Shown here one piece after another: positions 26,616 through 32,000 of a DNA stretch of 32,000 nt; the first letter of the stretch is position 1, and each line of letters begins with the position of its first letter. A program made the position numbers and the translations under genes. The notes below the pieces were generated by a model. It saw nothing but the letters and a program-made list of their open reading frames with translations, did no database searches and had not been told where the DNA came from. Source of the stretch: an uncultured Lentisphaeria bacterium (GTDB lineage Bacteria > Verrucomicrobiota > Lentisphaeria > JABSQK01 > JAJFLO01); assembly GCA_951812855.1 (NCBI GenBank), contig OX638337.1, positions 1,470,001 to 1,502,000 of the forward strand. Direction: 5' to 3'.

Positions 26616-26649
26616 AAAAGAAAAATAACATCAAAAGAAAAATAACATC
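26616..26649. repeat. Perfect 17-nt tandem duplication (aaaagaaaaataacatc x2)
   Basis: Read directly: 26616-26632 is identical to 26633-26649. Confidence 0.9.
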
Positions 26650-26689
26650 AATAAATTCTGCACAGGATCAAAAATCTTAAATTATAGTC

Positions 26690-26915
26690 GCTGGCACAAG
26701 ATCCGGGATAAGGGGCTTGGGTGTTCGTTTGGAGTTCTGCCTTTAGCGGGCTTTTTTATATTTTTATAACTGTCCGGCTAAAGGCGGAACCCGTGTGTCT
26801 GGGGGGCGTACTTAACCGGAGAGCTGAATACGGGAGAGCCGCACGTCCGGTTCGGAGGCAGGAGCGATGTAAACCAATGCATTGTTCCTGCACCTGTCGA
26901 ACTTCGGCATGTAAA
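26690..26915. other. GC-rich island with no credible ORF and two extended hairpins (candidate structured RNA, or decayed core of the gap gene)
   Basis: Hairpin 1: GTTCTGCCTTTAGC (26734-26747) pairs with GCTAAAGGCGGAAC (26777-26790). That is 14 bp including one G-U pair, plus 2 more bp, around an AT-only ~21-nt loop. Hairpin 2: GTTCG..GCAGGA (26850-26863) pairs with TCCTGC..CGAAC (26886-26902). A direct repeat GGAGAGC-N9-GGAGAGC lies at about 26818-26840. GC content is clearly above the surrounding DNA. Confidence 0.3.
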
Positions 26916-26951
26916 AATATTAAAATCCAATTATAAGGTTCAGTCACCCTG

Positions 26952-28175
26952 TCAATACTGATGCTGAACAAGGCCGCCGAGTTTGTCAATAATCTGCCGA
27001 GCACATTGTTTTTTATGAATAACACCCCACTCTTCAATGGTATCTTTGCGGTCTGAAATAAAGATAAAATGACCCTTTTCTCCACCAAACGATTTAATAC
27101 CGTTCAGAATGATGGCATCCAGATTTTTTGACTGCAATTTTGCCTGTGCTCTATCAACGGCGTCCGGGTCTGTTTCAAGAGCAAAACCCAAGCAGATTTG
27201 TTTATCTGATTTTTGGGTTCCTAATGATGCTGCGATATCCGGAGTACTTTCAAGCTTTAGAGCAAATTCTTCTTTGCACTTTGGGAGTTTAGCCGAATTC
27301 GTCTCAATCGGCATGTAATCTGATACCGCTGCAACAAAAATAGCAATATCGGCTTTTGGAAAACAGTTTTCGGCTTCGTAAAGCATTTCCTTAGCACTAA
27401 GAATATTTTTTACGTTAATTCTTTTTCCAACAGGAAGGTTTTCGGTAGAAACAGGACCCGAAATAAAATCAACTTCTGCACCTGAACTCACCGCGGCTAA
27501 CGCTAACTCTTTTCCCATTTTACCACTGCTGCCGTTACTTATGTACCTGACAGGATCAATATGCTCCAATGTCGGTCCAGAAAGAATTAGTACACGCTTA
27601 CCTGTCAATGATTCAGGTTGATCAGTATCTGAAATAATATTGACAATTGATTCCGGTTCTGACATACGGCCTTCACCTGTTACTCCGCAGGCAAGGTATC
27701 CGTGTTCTGGACCGATCCTGTGCCAACCGGATTCATCTAACAGCTCTAAATTTTTCTGTACCGTTTTTTGCTGCCACATTTCTGCATTCATCGCAGGGCA
27801 ATAATATCGTTTGCAATTTTCGGGCAGTGACAATGCACATGTGCTGACGATTTCAGAACCAAAACCATGAGCGATTTTTGCAATCATATTTGCTGTGGCA
27901 GGCAAAAGAACAAAGATATCTGCATGATTCGCAGGGAATAGATGCGGATAGATGTCCTCCCTGTCATCAGTACGAGATTCAGGGAAAATACTTGATAACA
28001 CTTGACGATTTATGACTGCAGAAAAGGAAAGTGCAGTGACAAATTCCCGGGACGATGGGCTCATTGCAACATGTACATCAAATCCTGTTTGAAACATAGA
28101 ACTTGCTACCTGAATTGACTTATAGGCCGCGATACCGCCACCGATGCCCAGTAAGACTGTTTTTTTATTCTCCAT
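26952..28175 (-). CDS. coaBC: Bifunctional phosphopantothenoylcysteine decarboxylase / phosphopantothenate--cysteine ligase
   Basis: 407 aa. N-terminal flavoprotein motif VLLGIGGGIAAYKS. C-terminal CoaB region ...LSGPTLEHIDPVRYISNGSSGKMG.... Confidence 0.95.
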   Translation of the reverse strand: MENKKTVLLGIGGGIAAYKSIQVASSMFQTGFDVHVAMSPSSREFVTALSFSAVINRQVLSSIFPESRTDDREDIYPHLFPANHADIFVLLPATANMIAKIAHGFGSEIVSTCALSLPENCKRYYCPAMNAEMWQQKTVQKNLELLDESGWHRIGPEHGYLACGVTGEGRMSEPESIVNIISDTDQPESLTGKRVLILSGPTLEHIDPVRYISNGSSGKMGKELALAAVSSGAEVDFISGPVSTENLPVGKRINVKNILSAKEMLYEAENCFPKADIAIFVAAVSDYMPIETNSAKLPKCKEEFALKLESTPDIAASLGTQKSDKQICLGFALETDPDAVDRAQAKLQSKNLDAIILNGIKSFGGEKGHFIFISDRKDTIEEWGVIHKKQCARQIIDKLGGLVQHQY

Positions 28176-28812
28176 GCCTGCTTTCCAATTGATTAATAAC
28201 TCTATAACAAATATCTGAAGTGAAACCTCTAGCGGCCAGGTGTCTCATTAATTTGGCTTTACGTTTCATTAAATCTCTTTCTCTGAATAACGATTTCATT
28301 TTAACATGACCGAGTTTCAGAGCATTCTCAAATTCAATTTTATTTTCTTTATGATAATTGGAATCACCATCAGGAAGGATGTTTTTAATTAATTCTGAAC
28401 TGATTCCCCGTCGCTTTAAGTCATGAACAATCTTCAATCGTCCATAACGTCCACTTGACCGCCGTGCTTCAAAAAATGTTTTTGCAAAATATTCATCATT
28501 GATAAGATTTATATTTTTTGCTTTTTGAACGACATTATTAATAGATTCTTTGGAGAACCCCGATCCGGTTAACTTTTTTTTAATTTCAAACTCGGTATGT
28601 GCTTTTGATGACAACAATCGCAGTAATTTTTCATAACATGCATGGTTATCGGCATCCGCTAAAATCTGGTGCCAGGATTTTTCCGAAAATTTTCCCCCGG
28701 GGAATATTGAATGGCGAAAGATGGCATATTCTGAAAGCTTGACGCTGTCGTTATTTGACAGGGTAACTGTGTAGGTTTTTCCTTTATTAACTGACTGTAT
28801 TACCGTTATCAT
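28165..28812 (-). CDS. recX: RecX-family regulatory protein
   Basis: It has three-helix repeats: LRLLSSKAHTEFEIKKKLTGSGFSKESINNVVQKAKNINLINDEYFAKTFF... and ...IVHDLKRRGISSELIKNIL. It overlaps the coaBC start by 11 nt. Confidence 0.8.
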   Translation of the reverse strand: MITVIQSVNKGKTYTVTLSNNDSVKLSEYAIFRHSIFPGGKFSEKSWHQILADADNHACYEKLLRLLSSKAHTEFEIKKKLTGSGFSKESINNVVQKAKNINLINDEYFAKTFFEARRSSGRYGRLKIVHDLKRRGISSELIKNILPDGDSNYHKENKIEFENALKLGHVKMKSLFRERDLMKRKAKLMRHLAARGFTSDICYRVINQLESRHGE

Positions 28813-28924
28813 TCAACATCTGCAGGATTAGGCAAGATATGTTCTGGAAGAAAAAAACTGGAGACAATTAACATTGGCCAGGAACAGCTGTAATACACCA
28901 AGAATCTGAATCTAATTCTATAAA

Positions 28925-29080
28925 TCAATCCAAAACTTTGGTTTTAGGCAGACCAAATACGTGCTCTCCCTTTTTCCATTTACCCTCTTTAGTTAACTGA
29001 TTGATCCGTTCATATCGCTTCAGAACATTGCGTTTCGTAATAATTTTTGTACTTCCTTTTAAGCTTGGATGCAATGACAT
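28925..29080 (-). CDS. Unannotated 'small basic protein' family member (51 aa)
   Basis: MSLHPSLKGSTKIITKRNVLKRYERINQLTKEGKWKKGEHVFGLPKTKVLD*. The pattern MS.H.SLK....(K/R)RNVL.R.ERI..L......W......GLPKTK matches my recollection of the small basic protein family annotated in PVC-group and related genomes. It is below the ORF-track cutoff. Confidence 0.7.
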   Translation of the reverse strand: MSLHPSLKGSTKIITKRNVLKRYERINQLTKEGKWKKGEHVFGLPKTKVLD

Positions 29081-29165
29081 GTGCTTAACCCTTTAATTTT
29101 ATTGCTGTTTTGACCGACGAAATGACTGTAGACAGTATTAATTAATTGAAAAATTTTAAAAGCCA

Positions 29166-30077
29166 TTAGCCTAATCCCAGATCTCTTAAAAATCCAGCTT
29201 TATTAAACCAATCAGGTGAAACTCTAACAAATATGGTCAATGAGATGTATTGATCAAAGAATTCTCTTAATACAGAAATTGCATCGCGTTTAATCTGATT
29301 AAGTTTGCTGCCATTTTTACCTATGACAATCAGTTTTTGGGACGCTTTTTCTACATGTAAATTTGCTGAGATTTTTATTTTTTTACCGTGATCTTTCCAG
29401 GATAAAATTTCAATAACCACAGCATGGGGTATTTCGTCGAATAAATGTTTATTCACTGATTCTCTAATTAAATCTGCTGCGATGTCACGTTCAACAGCTT
29501 CGGACAACTGGTCTTTTGGATAAAGAAAGGGGCCGGCAGGTAATGATTCAGTAATCGCAGATAATAATTTATCAACATTCTCTCCGGTTAAAGCACTAAT
29601 ATTAAAAATTTGACTCGGACCAGCAACAACACCGTTATAATAACCTATTGCCTTTTCTCTCTGCCGGGGTGTTGATTTATCAGATTTATTTAATGCGAAA
29701 ATTGTATACTTTCCAGAATTCGTAACATAATCAATTACAAGTCGATCTTCTTCGCCATTTTTACGAGTTGGATCGCACAAACACAATACCAGGTCAGGAT
29801 CAACAAGCGAACGCTGCACAGACTTGGACATATTCGCCGATAATTTTGTGTTACCAAGATGAACTCCGGGTGTATCTAAGAATATTATTTGCAATGTTTC
29901 GTCCGAATAAATACCCAAACAGTTCCTTCGGGTTGTCTGTGGAACCGATGACACCGCATGTAAATGACAGCCCAATACGCAGTTTATAAAGGTAGATTTT
30001 CCGACATTAGGCCTGCCTACAACTGCAACGATACCAACCTTTCCGAAAGGCCATTTTATAGAATCAGGTAAAGTCAT
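29166..30077 (-). CDS. era: GTPase Era
   Basis: Contains G1 VVGRPNVGKST, G3 DTPG, G4 NKSD and a C-terminal KH domain (...VIGKNGSKLNQIKRDA...). Confidence 0.95.
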   Translation of the reverse strand: MTLPDSIKWPFGKVGIVAVVGRPNVGKSTFINCVLGCHLHAVSSVPQTTRRNCLGIYSDETLQIIFLDTPGVHLGNTKLSANMSKSVQRSLVDPDLVLCLCDPTRKNGEEDRLVIDYVTNSGKYTIFALNKSDKSTPRQREKAIGYYNGVVAGPSQIFNISALTGENVDKLLSAITESLPAGPFLYPKDQLSEAVERDIAADLIRESVNKHLFDEIPHAVVIEILSWKDHGKKIKISANLHVEKASQKLIVIGKNGSKLNQIKRDAISVLREFFDQYISLTIFVRVSPDWFNKAGFLRDLGLG

Positions 30078-30737
30078 TTTATCCTAAATGCAGTCATTAA
30101 TTCGATTTCGGAATATGCTCAATCACATATAAAATTTTAGTGTAACCAACACGTTTTACATAACAGTTCTACGGAATGTATACGAAACATTTTGATATTA
30201 TAAAAAATGCAGGATGACATAATAATCATAATCCCGGTTTTCGGTTATGCTTCAGCACCGCATAACTATTACCAAATTTTCAAAATTTATAATATCGCCC
30301 ACTGTAAACAGGTCACAACTATTTTACGTTAGCATACTTCACCAACGACTCTACTGCATAAAAAATCCACCACTGTCAAATTTCGTCGCACTAAATCACA
30401 TTTTTCACAACAAAACATATCAAAGAAATACCAATAATTATATTAAATTAAGCAGGTTGCAAAATTTTATAAATTATGGCACACAAAAAGCTGAAAGTGG
30501 TCAAACTACTAAGTCGCACCTTCTCCAGAACACTGCCAATCAGCTATCCAGGGATTTCATAGCTCATGAATCATCAACAGATCCTGACGATGGAAACTCA
30601 GGGAAACCATTGCGTCTGATTAATCCAATCCATCAATAATATTAAGGTCTATATAAATCATTTTGTGCTCTTTAACCAGACTCTACAAACCTTTATTCTC
30701 GAGGTATTAGAGAGTTCGGAACAGCGTATTTTGTGGA

Positions 30738-31295
30738 TTATAATCCTTCTTTTTTTTGCTGCCAGAGAATTTCTCTGCCTCCATTTCGGCGAGCTAAAAC
30801 CCGAGCATAAATAAAAAAAAGGTCGGAGAGACGATTAAGATAAATAAGGCTCAATTGATTAACGTCTTCTTTTTTATGAAGACCCACGATTAATCGCTCT
30901 GCACGCCGGCATACACAACGGCACAATTGACAGTACGATGCAGATGCGGTCCCGCCTGGCAAAATAAAATTTTTTAGCGGCGGTAATGATCGGTTAACTG
31001 TTTCAATCTTAAATTCCAATTCCGAGATGTGATCTTTATTTATTATATTGCTTCCAGGAATTGAGAGCTCCCCACCCAGATCAAACAGATCATTTTGGAT
31101 TTCAAGAAATGTTAATTTCAATTCGTCCTCCTGCTCAAGGGAACTTACCAGTATCCCCAAAATGCTATTAAGCTCATCAATAGAACCAATAGATTCAATG
31201 CGAGGATGATCTTTGTCAACTCGACTGCCGTCAGCCAATCCGGTCATCCCTCTGTCACCGGTTTTAGTACAAATTTTTGTTAATCGTTTCCCCAT
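30738..31295 (-). CDS. ATP:cob(I)alamin adenosyltransferase, PduO type
   Basis: The sequence KICTKTGDRGMTGLADGSRVDKDHPRIESIGSIDELNSILG matches the PduO/MMAB N-terminal signature (YTKTGDxGxTxL..G.R..K...R.EA.G..DELN). 185 aa. Confidence 0.9.
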   Translation of the reverse strand: MGKRLTKICTKTGDRGMTGLADGSRVDKDHPRIESIGSIDELNSILGILVSSLEQEDELKLTFLEIQNDLFDLGGELSIPGSNIINKDHISELEFKIETVNRSLPPLKNFILPGGTASASYCQLCRCVCRRAERLIVGLHKKEDVNQLSLIYLNRLSDLFFIYARVLARRNGGREILWQQKKEGL

Positions 31296-31623
31296 TTATT
31301 TTCTAATCCTTTCCAAATAATTGTGCACATGACCCAGAAGTTCTCTTTGTAAAAAAATTACAATCACTTTCATTAACTGCTTAATTTGAACTTGATACAA
31401 ATAACATTTTTAATTGTCAAATTCGTGATTATCGTTAAATCAATGCTACCTTAAATCTTATAATTCAGGTGAATACAGGATTAACACGGTTAACATCATA
31501 TGCGGAATATTTTAGATTGGTCGTCCAAACGCTCGTCAGCGATACGATAAATTTACAGTCTTAAATATGTTATAATTTCCTGACATCATTTCCCTAAACA
31601 ATGGAATATAAGATAAACCGGCA

Positions 31624-31857
31624 ATGATAATTGATATTCCCAGTATAATTAAAAACAAAAACGAAAGCAAGCAATTGAAAGCTGTTTACTGCTATGGATC
31701 AGTCTGCGAAGCCGCTGCCGCAGACAGTGTTACGAATGAAGAACGCCTTGAGCTTGACGCCGATGTATTGATACCTGCAGCGTATGTGCATTCATTAAGT
31801 CGAATTGGTCAGGGGATTCAATCGTCAGGGACAAAGAGTTATTTTACTGATGAATGA
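31624..31857 (+). CDS. Hypothetical protein (77 aa)
   Basis: I recognise no homology. Support comes from a 4-nt ATGA stop/start overlap with the following open frame, and from a TGTTATAAT extended -10-like element at 31568-31576. Confidence 0.35.
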   Translation: MIIDIPSIIKNKNESKQLKAVYCYGSVCEAAAADSVTNEERLELDADVLIPAAYVHSLSRIGQGIQSSGTKSYFTDE

Positions 31858-32000
31858 TTCATATAAAATTAACTTCGAAAAAAGCGATGCAACAACCCGG
31901 TAATTATAATAGATTGCTGAATAGCACAATCGTATTCCGGATATTTTTTCTGGTTACTTTATTTCCGGAAACCTGGATTCAGGCCGGGAACCTTGAAAAT
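31854..32000 (+). CDS. Hypothetical protein, N-terminal 49 codons only (runs off the right edge); hydrophobic N-terminal segment
   Basis: MIHIKLTSKKAMQQPGNYNRLLNSTIVFRIFFLVTLFPETWIQAGNLEN... is open to position 32000 and so is absent from the ORF track. Its ATG overlaps the previous stop (gaATGa). Confidence 0.3.
   Translation, partial: MIHIKLTSKKAMQQPGNYNRLLNSTIVFRIFFLVTLFPETWIQAGNLEN

Noticed and set aside
26616-26649. Tandem repeat considered as a CRISPR or other array
   Set aside because: Only two directly abutting 17-nt units with no spacers. Not CRISPR-like.
26840-26915. Local resemblance to SRP RNA helix 8 (GUCCGG..GGAGGCAGGAGC), the 5S rRNA segment AUGCCGAA, the tmRNA 5' UUCGAC motif and the base of group II intron domain V (GAGCCG...CGGUUC)
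   Set aside because: Each match is only 6-10 nt. The invariant parts are missing: the GGAA tetraloop and AGCA loop of SRP, the tRNA-like end of tmRNA, the full 34-nt domain V with its bulge, and the rest of 5S. I therefore make no family call.
26721-27088. ORFs 26721-26936 (+, Cys-rich) and 26756-27088 (-)
   Set aside because: They lie in the GC-rich island, where stops are rare. The minus ORF overlaps the 3' end of coaBC out of frame. Neither has an SD or a recognisable motif.
30293-30302. 10-nt match (TATCGCCCAC) to the 3' end of tRNA-Val; possible distal att site of a large island
   Set aside because: The ~18 kb in between carries essential genes (obg, recD2, dnaE, coaBC, era). The match is short enough to occur by chance in a window of this size.
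30247-30639. 130-aa plus-strand ORF
   Set aside because: Low-complexity N/Q/T/I-rich product with no SD and no motif. It lies in a skewed AT-rich spacer. I kept it only as part of the spacer observation.

Overview
AT-rich bacterial chromosomal segment. Most genes are minus-strand housekeeping genes: purD, cysS, obg, a recD2-type helicase, dnaE, coaBC, recX, era and a PduO-type cobalamin adenosyltransferase. There are two tRNAs (His-GTG, Val-GAC). A prepilin-type N-terminal-domain gene and a 'small basic protein' gene suggest a PVC-like lineage; this is inference only. The spacers between core genes hold many gene relics: an IS1595-type transposase remnant beside tRNA-His, a frameshifted G-x-N repeat-protein fragment, a 39-codon ASKHA-kinase stub beside tRNA-Val, the decayed 3' half of gap (GAPDH), an outer-membrane beta-barrel gene with an in-frame TAA just before its C-terminal beta-signal, and a collapsed paralogue of the prepilin-like gene. 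Three observations stand out. (i) In the accessory stretch between tRNA-Val and obg (about 12.0-15.6 kb), a module of an unannotated 48-codon ORF with a double-glycine-leader-like N-terminus plus a prepilin-like gene is tandemly duplicated. One copy has decayed, yet a 54-nt block is kept at 49/54 identity. (ii) A GC-rich, hairpin-rich island with no credible ORF lies at 26.69-26.92 kb. (iii) A two-ORF nucleotidyltransferase-fold cassette sits between the DUF420 and SCO1 genes, and its two frames are separated only by an A6 run. Several likely real genes are missing from the supplied ORF track because they are under 60 codons or truncated at a window edge. No CRISPR array, rRNA or intact mobile element was seen. 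All family assignments are motif recognition by eye; no searches were run.
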